Source of the DNA: Psammoneis japonica
Lineage: Eukaryota
Assembly: GCA_008632985.1 (NCBI GenBank)
Contig: QPGO01000296.1
Location: 1-64,000, forward strand
DNA length: 64,000 nucleotides
Direction: 5' to 3'
In this document: piece by piece, positions 12,910 to 25,779 of the stretch
Layout: the number at the start of each line of letters is the position of its first letter
How positions within the stretch are numbered: the first letter of the stretch is position 1
The notes under the pieces: generated by a model
The model's database searches: none
The model's input: only the letters and a program-made list of their open reading frames with translations
What the model was told of the DNA's origin: nothing
Program-made: the position numbers and the translations under genes

Positions 12910-14075
12910 GCCCAGAAGAATGAACTGAAAGGAAGAAAAAGAAAAGAGAGAGAGGGAAAAGAAGGAAAGATGAGAAAAAGAGAAGGTGTTGCCAGTTGCC
13001 AGGTCATCATTTTGTGGTCCTTGGCTTGGCTTGTCTGCAAAGAAGCTTGTCAGTGACTCGAGGTGCCAGCACAGCCCGGGATGCCACAGTCTTGAGTGGC
13101 AGACAAGATGGGGGCTCTGTGTCTGTGCCCTGCTGTGGTTTGGGTGGACTGTTTCTTGCAGCCTGTCTCATTGTGACATTCCACCCTCTTGTTGCTGCAC
13201 AGCGCCAAGGACAGCAGGGGGCTTTGACACCCCACGGCTCTTTGCCCTCATTCAGGAGAGGACCTGTCAAACATGTTGGGAAACATGGAAAGCTCCTGAG
13301 TTCCTGATGGGACTTCAAATTCTTCATTGCAGCTGCACACATTCAAATTTTGGGCAAGAGCACCCAATGCGATGGGGCCAGCTGACTTGGCAAGACCTGG
13401 CTGTGTCTCTGTGGTGGTGCTTCTCAGCTCTCGTGTCTCTGGCCTTGAAACATGTGGTGTAAAGCACCCTGAGGAAAGTGCTTGCACACAGCATGCTGGC
13501 CCAATCCTCTCCCATCAGCCAGTGCCTTGTGGCGCAGTGCTCAGCTTGCTGGCTCCTCCTGATTGTGAGCTCCCTGGTGGTTTGGTGTCTCAAGTGTTCT
13601 TTTCTGTTTGTGTGACAGATGTGTGCTTGGGATCATTGCAGTCTCATGGGATGCTGTGTCTTGTCTCAAGCTCTGTGCTGGATGCAGCACTTTCTAGAGT
13701 GTGTGCCATCAGGAGCATCGCCCTCATCATTCTTGCTGCTTGTCAGAGTTGGGAGTGCCCAGCGCCACATGGGACAGGGGAGGAGATTGCGTGGAGGGCA
13801 GAAAGGAATCAAAGGCTGTGAAAAAAGAGATTGCATGAGATGTTACAGCTCAGTGTTTGGGTGGCCCACTGAGAGGGAGAAGAGCAGTGGTGGGTGCTGC
13901 CAAAGCAGTCACTTGCCAGGGTGCTCCAAATGAAGTCGGCGGAAAGGGAAGCAGGGGAGGTGAGGGCATGAAGAAAGGCAGAGTGGGAAGTGTCGGAGTT
14001 GTGGGGGTGGAGGGAGATAGCCAGGGAGGCTTGGACTGAGAACGGGCAGAAGGGAAGGAAGAGCTGAAAAGGAAG
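12910..14075. mobile_element. TpA-depleted repeat remnant between genes; the right part resembles the 3' end of the CRE-like element at ~55.2 kb
   Basis: Only about 4 TA dinucleotides in ~1.17 kb. TGGCCCACTGAGAGGGAGAAGAGCAGTGGTGGGTGCTGCCAAAGCA matches TGGCCCATTGGGAGGGGGGAAGAGCGGTGGGAGCTGCCAAAGCA at ~55220. Confidence 0.6.
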
Positions 14076-14184
14076 CTATGTAAGAAAATGCCGAGATCAC
14101 CCTGTGTGCGGCCGAGCTCGAAACTCTCTACTGGCCACTGCATCTACTACCTTTTGCTTCAGTAGCGAGCTTGTATTATGTCCT

Positions 14185-15807
14185 TTACTGTAAACTCTTA
14201 AAGAATCCCTGCCATTTTGGATGTTGCAATGTCTTCTCAACATTGACGGAGCAGAACTTTCCACTTTCAGTTGCTTCGGCAAACTGCCTTCGAATTTCAG
14301 ATTCTTCAGATTCGTATCGATCCGGCACCATTTCTTTTTCATATTCAAGAGTTTGATTCAACAGCCGTTCGCTCTGTTGCGGAGTGATACAATCCAGGGG
14401 GAAATCCGAGAGCTTAGAAAGGCCGAGCCTGTTCAAAGCATGAGACTCAACTGCATCTGTCGCATCCTTTCGTGTCATGTTTGTCTTTATCATACCCTTC
14501 TGATATGCCCCGACTGCCAACATATCGTAATGATGGCATTTCGATTCCGAAGGATTAAGGAATGTATCCTCCTTGGATTTCTGCTCGGTCAAATGCTGGC
14601 ACAGCCGTTCCGCTTCGGGCATCACTTGGCAGAAGAAAGAGGAAAGAAAGAGATGTTTGTACTCCTCTTGTCGCTTTTTATTGTGGCGTGCATGTCGAAC
14701 ACACGAATTTCGGAGTGAGGGAACCTTTCTTTCCAGCGTTTCGCCACCGCTAAAGGCAATAGAAAGGATCGTTTCACCATAAGTGTATCAAAGAAGGCCG
14801 AGAAGCTAGAGATAACTCTTCCTCCGTTGTCTGGCCAGTTGTCACGCGATTCTTTTCGATGATCTGGAACGTCAAAGCTGAATGCCTGGTGATACTTCGA
14901 AGGAACCCATTCATGTAATCGTCTCAACATTACAGCGAATAGAACAAGAAAAGAAGAAAAAGATTGGTAAAACGAACAAAACAGATGAGTGAGAATGATT
15001 GTGAAAATTGACTCGGATCAAAACGTGGTCTTCACTGCCGAAATTGCAACCAAGCTACACACATACCGGTAGGTATAAACAATCCGCACATTCCAGCCTT
15101 CCAGAATTGGAATCAGGCGATCCCAGAGGCTGTAGTCTTCGTTTTCTGCCTTTGCGCACACGTTCAGCATCTCTTCCGACATGAAGACGTTGTGCTTATT
15201 TTTCAAATGGCTCTCGATAATACCTTTAAACTCATTCCACTTGGATTGGCAAGCAGGCTCTATCCAATCTCGACAATTGCGTACCATTTCATGTAGGAGC
15301 TTTTCGGGGACATTTTGTTGGTTCCCAACAAAGTAGAAGTTATCTTTCTTCATCAACCCTGGATAGTTTCTTCCGGCCCACTGTATTGTGGTGGTACCTG
15401 TTTTTTGGAAAAAAAGGAAATGAAGTTTAAATGCACGCTGACACGAAGATTCAGATGGGTCGGATCAGATGCTCAGGATATTTTACCTGTCTTGGGGGGT
15501 CCTATGTGCAGCACAAACAATGGGGCGTCCTTGGGAGGAGGTGAGCTTATCTTTTTCAATGTGTTGTTTGCTTTCTTTGCCTTTCTTCTGCGACCTAGCT
15601 TCTTCTCTTCTGAGTCTTGCGTCGTTTTATAGAGCCATCATACCTCAGTTCTCGAGATGAGATGCTTGTAGTTTCAATCATTGCGGCTCGGTGCGTTCTT
15701 AACTGTCTCTGCAGGGATCGAATTTGCCTTATCTCTCCCAGAAAGGCGGAGTTGAAGAATGCGAGAACAAACGCAACACCGAGGCATATCTTCTCACCCT
15801 TCTTCAT
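14185..15807 (-). CDS. Sulfotransferase-like P-loop membrane/secreted protein; introns and frameshifts
   Basis: N-terminal TM segment; spliced motif LFVLHIGPPKTG/TTTIQ; SEE and VRIVYTYR..LHEWVPSKY.Q are typical of this family. Confidence 0.65.
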
Positions 15808-16129
15808 GCTTGTTACAACGCAATTGGTGCCGCGTACTGTAGCACAACCTTACAACAACCTGCGGTGGTTTCCAGGGTAGTGAATGGGCGTGTCACTTCG
15901 CTCCCCGTCCATTTTTTGTTGCTTCTTTATCCCATCTCGTATTGCTCTCTATCTCTCACCTTACTTCATCCTGATGACTGATGACCGTGCGTTTTGTGAC
16001 TCGAAATTCGAAATTTTTGAAGTCATTTGTCGGGAATGACTGTGATAATAAATAAAGCATCATGAAAATGTCGAATAGTCACAAAAAAGAAACCTTCCAA
16101 TCGAATCATTCGACTTAACCGACTTGCTT

Positions 16130-16445
16130 GTCCTACCTACTCTCTAGCTAGAGAGTAGATAGCTAGCTAGAGAGAGCTACTACGGTAGCTTACTTGTAGC
16201 TAGAGCTAGAGTAGAGAGTAGGCCCTACCTTTACACTGTAACCTTTAGTCGTAAGCTTACTGCGGTACCCTGATCTGAGATCCGACGCCGACAAAAACTC
16301 AAGCCCTCATGACCAGCTCTACTGTACTGTACCTAGCTCTACTAGCTCGAGTACCCTCTCTAGACTCTAGTAGCTAGCCCTACTCTCCCTGCTGTACTGT
16401 AGGGCCCTCTCTACTAGAGTAGAGCCCTACCATATGGCATTAGGC
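16130..16445. repeat. Low-complexity CTAG/TAC/GTAG-rich palindromic patch
   Basis: Dense CTAG, TAGAG and CTAC words; perfect 22-bp palindrome CTACTCTCTAGCTAGAGAGTAG at 16137-16158. Confidence 0.7.
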
Positions 16446-16664
16446 CCTCTTGTTTTTCCGATTCAAAAAAAAATAATGCATGTGGACTTCACCTACTAAA
16501 GTTCAACATTGTGCACTACGAAGTGTTTCATTATTTGGTAGCAATGAGAATGTAATAGAGCCGACTGAACATAACCTTGGACCGCTTTCTTCTAAAATAT
16601 TTACTATGCAGAGGCACGAGTTACTCGGCGAACACCGCGTCCGCCCGTGAGAAACTGTGGTAGA

Positions 16665-19600
16665 CTATTCGAAACATCCTCCACTCCCTTGGATTTCGCA
16701 GAAGACAGGTGCCAACATTTTAACTGTGTTGCTGCCGCCCTCCACCTGTGAATCGGGAGAAACTTTCCTTACGGATTGGTTTGTGTTGCTACCATCTTCC
16801 GTTGAGGGAACGACCTCATCGTGGATGTCTGAATCCCGCGACGCCTCCTTCGAGGCTTCGTCCTCAGATTTCTCTGTCGTATGAGTATAAGACTTCGGGG
16901 CGGCCTTTCGAAGTGGAGTACATCTGATTCTCTTTGTGGCGGGAGCCTCTTCGCCGATGTCATCTGCTCCATTCATAGCGCCCCTTGTTCCCTTCCCAGC
17001 AGATGCACCATTGGCATGGTTACCAGCCGCCAGCACTTCACTAGAGAAGTTTTCGCTTGACGGCACGCTAACGCCCGTCTCGTCAAGAGACTTGGTTACT
17101 TTAACGCGAGGACTTGTTCTCGTCATGGAATCTGTCGGGATGGGCTCTTCCTCACCCAATACGAAGGCAGCATCGATATTTCGTTCTCGTCCGCCGAGAA
17201 CGTACGACACGGCATAAACGATTGTGCCGTTGTCCCGACGGTCAACGTGCTTAACCCTGCCTACTCCTCCAGGCTTGTTAATTCCAGGCCAGGTACGAGA
17301 CTGAACTTCTACAACATCACCCACAACGAAGGGGCCCTGCTTTCTGCGGGTTTGCGGCGCATTGACAACACCACGTGGGTTCACATCACCATTGACCGAC
17401 GCGATTCTCTGCGGTGTCAAAGGCAAACGCTGTCGCTTTTGGGGTGGAGAACTGGTTTCTTGAACAACTTTTCGGGGGCGCCCACGTTTACGCTTCTGTG
17501 GATTCGCCGCTTCGTTCTGAAACGATTTCATACAACTCGACGGACGTGCCTTACGAGGCTTTCCGAGAGGCCAACCCCTTTTCTTTTTCAAAGGTTTTCC
17601 GACTGACACATCAGGTGGAGGAGCCGCGAGTTTGGTTTCACCTACGTCTGCATCTGCCTCTGCAACGATGGGCGAAGGTTTGACTTTCGGGGGGCGTCCT
17701 CTCTTTCGCTTGGGTGCAGGTAGCGGTTGGAGAGATTTTCCCAGTGGAAGACTGGGAGGAGCGGCGAGTCTGGCTACATCACTTTCCGGTTTGACTTTCG
17801 GGGGGCGTCCTCTCTTTCGCTTGAGTGCAGGTAGCGGTTGGATAGTTTCTCCTGGTGGAAGACTGATAGGAGCTGCGAGTCTGGCTCTATCACTTTCCGG
17901 TTTGACTTTAGGAGGGCGTCCTCGCTTTCGTTTGGGCGCATGTAGAGGTTGCGGAGCAGCGGAGAAAGCAGTAGCGTTGGTAGCGATTCGAGGCCTTCCG
18001 CGCCCCCTCTTAACAGCGGGAGCCACACTCAATCCCTGCAAGTGCGCCAGGACGTCCGCGCTTTCAAGGGAAGGGTCGTATCCCGCGCCACTCGTTTCGG
18101 GGATATCCCACTGCTCTTGATCAGCATCGACCGTACGTTTCATACTTCGAGCCTTCACTATTTCACAGAAACTGGATGATACATCCAATTCTTTACCCTC
18201 GGCTTCATCCACCAACATCCAAATCGGCCGTCCCTCAGCCTGGGGTTTGTCAGGGCCCCAGAGGCCAACGCGGCGCATCGGCGCGAGATGGCACCACTGC
18301 AAATCGGGTATATAGGTAAGCACATAATAGTAATCAAACAACTCCGATGCCGGGGTGCTATTGTAGTTGACAAGCTTGACCACCTTGTTGAAGAGACCAC
18401 CTTGAGATACGGAAGAGTCACTGAGGTCTGGATAAGCCTCGCGATACACAGCAAGTTCCGCTTCATAAGCCGTCTTGGCCTTTTGGTATGCCTCTCGCTC
18501 CTTGAGGTGCATCGCTTGATATTTCTGCTTATATCGTTCGTCGAGTTCCTGCCACTGCCGCGAAAGCACCTTGGTCAGCTCCGGCAACGGCTTTCCAGCC
18601 ATTGTTTCCTTGAAGAGGTGTCGATGATCTCGACAGAACAGCAAGTACCCGGATAGCGGTCGTTTCGGGCGGACCGGGGCAGTAACTACAGCCCTTGACG
18701 CTGCAGCCGTTGATGGGGCGGCGGCAGAATTGGACACCTTGCTCCCATTCATCGTTGCCGGTGTTGTCTGATAGGTGGAGTCCTTTGGTGGCTCATACTT
18801 TTCCTGAATGGAAACCGCAAGCGACTCTTCTACGGGTTTTCGCAATTTGGCTCTCGCCGCTTTCTTACGATTCAATTTCAAGGCCATCATGTAGCTTGGC
18901 TCGCTTGTTTCGAGAGTATCGGTAGGAAAAGTCCAGTGGCAATAGGGCTGATAAGCATCGTCGCTCACATGAAAATGAGACACCTTGATTCGTGTGCCGT
19001 CTTTGAGCCTTGAGTTTGATTGCAATTCCGGAAAACGTGCGCGGTTTCCAGCAATAACATCTTGCCAAGATACTTGAAACATTTTTGCAATCTTGCGTGG
19101 GGTGTCGTTTTCCTTGGCAATATACCAGGTGGGAGTATCGCCGTCGCAGTCATTCTTGCGCTTGGCTTGTTTGGTGGGAATAAAGAGCGAAGTACCCTTG
19201 ATAAGGCGGCTTCTTGGAGCAATATCAGGATACACGTATTGATTCAAAAAGATAATGTCCCACACATCGCAGTGAAACCGTTTTGCAAGATCCACAGGAT
19301 GCTCACCCTGTTTCTGCGTAACGTATGTGGTGACATCACTAGAAACCACTTCAGGTAACGGATCTTCCTTTTTCTCCTCGTCCTCTTCGTCTTGACGGCG
19401 CATTCTCTTCTCAAAGTCTAAATCTTCGGTAATACATCCGACCCTTACGAACCCAAGTGACTCGTAAAACGGCACGGAATTGTCTGTAGCTTGCAAAACA
19501 ACATAGTCATAGTTTCTAGACCCAGTTGAATTCATGCGTTCGAGTTTTTCAATAACTAAGGAGACCAAGGTCTGACAAAGACAACGGTATAAATGAGATC

Positions 19601-20217
19601 ACATAGCGCGAACGGGCCAAGGCATGCAATTCTGTGTCGCTCACCTTGCCACACCCCAACCCTCCTAGAAGCGATATTTCCGCAATGCGTGGCCACACAA
19701 TACCCTCATTCCAGGGATCTCCGCATCTCACAGTAGCTTGCATCGCTTCTGCCAGTGACCCGTCTGAATCATACGCACGTTCCTGATTAGCCATCTGCGC
19801 TGCTAGCGTTGGCTCGTCAAAGCTGAAGGCTGAATCATGAAGCGAGTCAAAGCAAAAGCTCTTCTGCCAATTGGTAAACGTGGTTACAGTGATGAATCCC
19901 TGTAAACGATCGTTATGCCTGACTAAGTACCCGAACAGCGGATCGTCAACGTCTATCCGATCTGCCATGTACTCGAGTGAAAGAGGCTTAGCGGCCGTAA
20001 ATTTGTCCTTCTTGCGCTTTTCTGCTCCTCTACGAACTGCTTCTTTGCATAGCAGCACCATTTCAGCCATACTTTCAAACAAATGGTCGCGGTCAGTCAC
20101 TTCAGAAATTACAGAGCCCTTCAAATCGCTCTGACATTTCGGCACAGTTCGAAAGTCATAAGCCGGCTGACGCAACGGCTTGGCTGCAAACCGCTTGGCA
20201 TTCAACTCCTTCGTCAT
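16665..20217 (-). CDS. Chromatin protein: GNAT acetyltransferase, two LysM-like domains, HMG box and multiple AT-hooks; intron 19572-19644
   Basis: LLGGLGCGK/TLV..VVLQATDNSVPFYESLGF (GNAT); YIAKENDTPRKIAKMFQVSWQDVIAGN (LysM); RPKRPLSGYLLFCRDHR..LSRQWQEL (HMG); repeated KRGRP. The start codon is uncertain. Confidence 0.85.
17680..17935 (-). repeat. In-frame ~102-bp tandem duplication encoding AT-hook units
   Basis: KRKRGRPPKVKP occurs three times at 34-aa spacing. Confidence 0.8.
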
Positions 20218-20714
20218 GACTACAACAACATAAACCAGTGCAACAAGGCGCAGACTTGTTTCCAATGCTCTTTGGTTGCCGTCGAAATCACAACGTCACC
20301 GCTGCAAAAGAGTGGGGCATGTTTGCAGCGAATTTCGCCAATCACTCGCGAGCCACGCTGCGTTTATTGACTATATACAACGTAAGGTTATATTTCGATT
20401 CGAATCATCCACACTTTCATTCACCCTTAAGTAAATGTCCGTTGAAGATTTGTGTATATAGTAGTTCTATAAAAATATATAAAGTTATTTATGGTATCAC
20501 GGAGTGGCGCGCCATCGTGCGTTGCGGTTTTGATTTGCTTTTGTCTGAACATCACAGATCAAGCAGCAACGCTCTGAACGAGACAAGCACATGATGCCCC
20601 GACCCCGACCCCCGACCCAGACGATGCATTGCGCAAGATCACATGGTGCATTGCAGGCAAACAAACAGACTCCTTCTGCATCTGCAGGGGTGCTGGAACA
20701 TCAGAGCGTGTGCT

Positions 20715-21103
20715 GACGCGTTCCAGGTCTAGGTGGGACCTCGTACTACTGAACTGTGACATCGATAGTTTTTTGAATCTCGTCGTATGTCGCGCACGTA
20801 GAATTCTACGTGATTTTTTGATATTTTGTGTCATTTTACGGTACACTTATTGAGCGATCCGTCCAAAAACTTTTGACATTTTTTGTTACAGCGCGATTCT
20901 ATAATGTCTTAAAAATCGCGTAGGGCAGGTGCATTTGCAAAAACGTCGAGTGGTAAGAGGCATAATTGTACCACAAACTTGGCCGTTTATTTGATGTTGA
21001 AGATAAATATATTCATTAATTAAATTCTCGTACTACGGAGCTCGCACGTAGAATTCTACGGGCCAAATGTCACACGGAGTCCCACCTGGGGCTGGAACGC
21101 GTC
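20715..21103 (+). mobile_element. MITE family 1, copy A (389 bp, nearly unmutated)
   Basis: TIR GACGCGTTCCAGnnnnAGGTGGGAC; 4-bp TSD TGCT (20711-14 and 21104-07); internal palindrome CACGTAGAATTCTACGTG. Confidence 0.85.
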
Positions 21104-22500
21104 TGCTGCAGCAGTGGTCGGGGGGGCCGTGCCTTTCTCACGCAATGGTTTTTGGATGCGTGCTCCAGACGCAGGTGAGCCGGATGAAAAACGGACCTTG
21201 TTGTCACGAGGTTTGACTCAAGAAAATTGCAATTCATTGTTTTTTCAGGCAAAATGCATCTGTGTGCCTGTGCAGGAATGCACTGGCAGCTGACAAGCTC
21301 CAAAAGCAAGTTGCCAAAAAGCTTCGCCCTGGCCACAACGACAACGAAGTGCGGCACACAGCTTCCGCTTGTTCAGCCATCCATGATGATGTCATGGTCA
21401 ACCAACCCCAACAGTCAACAACAACGGAAGCACCAGGCATCTGTGTGGTGCCACAGGGAGGCACCCTGTGGACGTGCTCCAGCCGCACGTGACCCAAATC
21501 GTGCACAAAAACGACATTTGCGCGATTTTTGTGCGGTCTCTGACTTGCGAACGGTTTTTCACCACCAAAAGTATAGATTTGTTCAAATTCGAATGTTTTG
21601 CAACACCAAACAAGACTCGTGTGAGTGTTGCAAAATCATTGTCACAGCGCCATCAATGTTCTTCATTGCGCTGAACGAATCGCAACACAACGGATGATTT
21701 TCGGCGAAATTTCTGCCGTCATTTGGATGTTAACTAAATGTGTCTTCCTACAATGCTTCTTCGTAAATTTTCCACCTACAAAGAAATCTCAGCATTGAGG
21801 CTGCTGACGCATGATCAGTGTTGAGTTTGCCGAGGAAGTTTGTGATGCATGTCCCATGAGGACTTTAACACCCCACAAAAAACTGTTTAATTCTTCACAA
21901 TTTTTCATGCTCTAGATGCCCACAAAAGCCAATCCGCTTGAGCATTTTATGTGAAAATGCTCCATGCACCAACAGATGCACAATTTGTGTTCAAAATCGA
22001 TTGTCGTTTTGTGTGTCACCTGGGACTGGAACACGTCTGTGGTTGGTTGTTGAGCCACACCCCAAGAGACACAACTCAGGGCAAAGTTGTTTCCTCGGGG
22101 GTTGGGCAAAGATGAGTGGAGAGCTTTTCAATGTGTTCTTGTGGCAAACTCATGCTTGAAATCAGCCATCAGAGCTTCATTTCCCAGTGATGAAAATCTT
22201 GCAGAAGTGCGCAGAACAATTGTTTTTGTCAGACTCAACAAGAAGAAAAAACTTCATCTTAGAATCACCCTTTGTTTTGGCCATTTGCACTGTTGGAAAG
22301 AGCTTTTTCTCCACATTTCAGTCATGTGTTTGTTGCAAAAAGTTGAAAAAATGCATTGAGGCAATCACAGAACAAAGGTGTGAAGGCACAACCATTTGAT
22401 TTTTGGCAAAGATTTCACATGCTCGTGGCTGGTTGACGACAAGCCCACAACCCCCACACAACGCAAATCAGTGAATGACTTTGAGCCAAAGCAAGCTGAA

Positions 22501-22617
22501 GAATGGCCAACAAAATCCCCCAATTGAAGTTTCTGCTTCAGCACAAAGACAGCCAAATGGCCAACTCCCCCCCAACTGAAGTTTCCACTTTGGCACAAAG
22601 AAAGCCAAATGGCCAAC
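22501..22617. repeat. ~53-bp diverged tandem repeat (about 2 units)
   Basis: AATGGCCAAC recurs at 22502, 22556 and 22608 with similar spacers. Confidence 0.65.
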
Positions 22618-23247
22618 GTTGCAGAGTTTTTGGGCACAAGCAAAATCAAATTGGCAAAACAGCCAGGATGTCAAACATGAAATCACCACTCCATTTCTGC
22701 GCCAGCCAGGCAACTGCTGCAGCATTCAGACGCTCATTTCAAAGTGTCAACTGGTCTTCTCTCTCTTTGCTTTCAATGCTTGTGACAATTTTTCAGATCT
22801 CTGCGTGGGCACATCCAAAATGTGCAATGCACACCCTTTGCAACATGGACAAATGAGCCCATCTGGAATTTGCAGTCTCCTTTCAATCCACATGAGCACA
22901 TGCCAAAAACTTGTGGACAGAACAAAAGGCCCTTGAGCACACAAAATGAGAAGAGAGCAGATGGCACCAAACTTGTTTTGAACCTTGGGCTCTCAAGTGG
23001 CATCGTTTTGCTGCTCTGCAACTGGCCGGAAGCTTGAGTGTTTTTTTTGTGACTTGCAGCTTGAGGCTTGCTGGCACATGAGCACACGCAATGTTGCCTT
23101 TAGAGCCTGCTGCTTGCTGGAGCTGAGGAGATGTGGACAGCTGTCTGGGTGCCCAGGCTTTGTCCATCAGATGCTCAAACTCGCGGTTGTTTTCTCTTGT
23201 GCTGTGGCCACTTGGCTTCTTCCATCAAGAAAGTCCACAGCAGCCCA

Positions 23248-23487
23248 GACGCGTTCCAGGTCTAGGTGGGACCTCGCACTGCTGAACTGTGACATCGATA
23301 GTTTTTTGAATCACGTCGTATGTCGCGCACGTAGATTTCTACGTGATTTTTTTGACATTTTGTGTCATTTTACGGTACACTTATTGAGCGATCCGTCCAA
23401 CAACTTTTGACATTTTTTGTTACAGCGCGATTCTATAATGTCTTAAGAATCGCGTAGGGCAGGTGCATTTGCAAAAACGTCGAGTGG
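23248..23487 (+). mobile_element. MITE family 1, copy B (left part, runs into gap)
   Basis: Near-identical to 20715-20953. A related right TIR ends at 24327, after the gap. Confidence 0.85.
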
Positions 23488-23989
23488 NNNNNNNNNNNNN
23501 NNNNNNNNNNNNNNNNNNNNNNNNNNNNNNNNNNNNNNNNNNNNNNNNNNNNNNNNNNNNNNNNNNNNNNNNNNNNNNNNNNNNNNNNNNNNNNNNNNNN
23601 NNNNNNNNNNNNNNNNNNNNNNNNNNNNNNNNNNNNNNNNNNNNNNNNNNNNNNNNNNNNNNNNNNNNNNNNNNNNNNNNNNNNNNNNNNNNNNNNNNNN
23701 NNNNNNNNNNNNNNNNNNNNNNNNNNNNNNNNNNNNNNNNNNNNNNNNNNNNNNNNNNNNNNNNNNNNNNNNNNNNNNNNNNNNNNNNNNNNNNNNNNNN
23801 NNNNNNNNNNNNNNNNNNNNNNNNNNNNNNNNNNNNNNNNNNNNNNNNNNNNNNNNNNNNNNNNNNNNNNNNNNNNNNNNNNNNNNNNNNNNNNNNNNNN
23901 NNNNNNNNNNNNNNNNNNNNNNNNNNNNNNNNNNNNNNNNNNNNNNNNNNNNNNNNNNNNNNNNNNNNNNNNNNNNNNNNNNNNNNNNN
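23488..23989. other. Assembly gap
   Basis: N run. Confidence 1.
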
Positions 23990-25779
23990 GCGAGCTCCGC
24001 AGCAAAATCACACGGCAATTAAAATGTCAATGATCGCCAACAGAAAATGAGGCAATTTTGCGAACGCACAAACTCGCACATGATTGAAGCACATCATTTT
24101 TTGCTTGGCCAGTTGCATTCTTCAGACATTGAAGAATGCAGCTGGCGCATTGTTGTTTCTATGAATTTGTTGTGCAAAACGTCTGGGGCTTCGCAAAACA
24201 GCGAGTCTGGATAATTTTTTTTAAATGTCACACGTAGAAATCTACGCACAAAACATGCGACGGATGACAAAAATTGTTGTTGTCACACGTCAGTGCTGCG
24301 AGCTCCCACCCAGGGCTGGAATGCGTCCACAACGTTCGCCAAGCGACCACCAAGTCAACCTGCCATTTCTCACCAAATCGCTTTCGCACCCTCAGAATCA
24401 CTGTTTCAGACAGCCCCTTTGAAGTGTTGCATCCGCCATCATCTCATTGGGTGGAATGCTGTGAGGGGCCATCTCGAACAACAACATGGTTGAGATGTTA
24501 AAAACAATGTCGACACCTGACCAACAAACATGCCGTTTCGCACCATGTCGCTTTCGCACACTCAGGATCAATGTGAAAAGATGTGCATTTGATGCCATCA
24601 TGTCCGCAGTCATCGAATCAGGCGAGGGGCTCCGAGCTGCAATTTTTGGCAGCAGTTTCATCAAGCAATTTTGAAATGTCTGCGCATGACCTCATGTCTT
24701 GTCTGAACATCACACCGTCATCCAAATGGCACCTTCACGAGAAACAGTTTCGTTGCATGCTGGAAACAAAGACCACAGAGACTCAATCTATCAGCAAACA
24801 ACTTGCTGTCATGATGGAAGCTCTGAGAAAAGGATTTTTGGGCTCTTGGACTCTGAGATGTTGAGAGCGATCCATCCCGAGTTCACGACAAGCAACAAGC
24901 ATTCCAACACTGCGTTTTTTGGCCATGTCAACAGGAAGAGCACCGCCAAGAGAGGCATGTTGTGGAGAGCAATGGGTGGTTGGACATGGTTGGAGAAACA
25001 ACGGTGCTGCAGCAGCAGTCATGGCGTTTGATGAACAAGGACAAGCAGCGACCGAGGAGGACAAGGTTTGGACATGCAAGCGCTGGCATGACATTCACAA
25101 AGTGGGTGCAGACATTGTGTGTGATCCCAATGCATTGGCAATTGGCACCGGCATGGAGGAACACGCCAGCTGCAAGTCGACTTCATTGACGCAACAAAGA
25201 CCATCAAGGAACGGTGTCCGCACGCAAAGGTCATCGGTGGCAGTTTGAACCTTTTGTTTGGATTCCGAGGAGGAATGAAAATCCGCGAATCAGCTCATGC
25301 GGTGTTCTCAAATGATGCAATCCTTGAATCTGGAATGGATTTTGGTGTCATGAATGCGAAGGAAATGCTTGCTGTCAATGAATTGGATGACGACACGAGG
25401 GTGCCATGCGAGAATCTTGCACTCAACAAGACCGAGGATGAGACAGACGAGATGCCAAAGCAAACAGAGCACAAAAGAGCATGCATTGATGCCAGAAAGA
25501 AGGGCTTGCCTCTGCCTTGGAAGCCCCATGGCAAACCTGCAAACAAGCCATGCCTTGCACTCTCTTGTGACAAAGTCATCTCCAAACCTGCCATCGAACC
25601 GCCTCTGCTGATGGCTGCAAAAAATCATGTCCTGAACAGACAAGTGGAAAGAACAAAATGGCAGAGCTCGTTGTGCTTTGAAATGAGAACTTGGTTCCAC
25701 CACAAAATGGGCGTGCATTGGCACTTGGCGGATTTTTACACGGTGAAGTGCGGCAAAAGAGAGAAAGATGCTGTTGATC

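Noticed and set aside
2..15807. Frameshifts in several genes as programmed frameshifting or mass pseudogenisation
   Set aside because: They are scattered single-base shifts without premature stops or slippery motifs; consensus errors are the simpler explanation. Read mapping would decide.
20715..21103. Fungal-type RIP (CA->TA) creating the TA-rich copy
   Set aside because: Conserved Tyr motifs, reciprocal CA/TG sites and the TTA TSD show that TA is ancestral.
22620..23240. Possible degenerate Harbinger transposase on the minus strand (DGLICP resembling DGIYP)
   Set aside because: Similarity too weak to support by eye.
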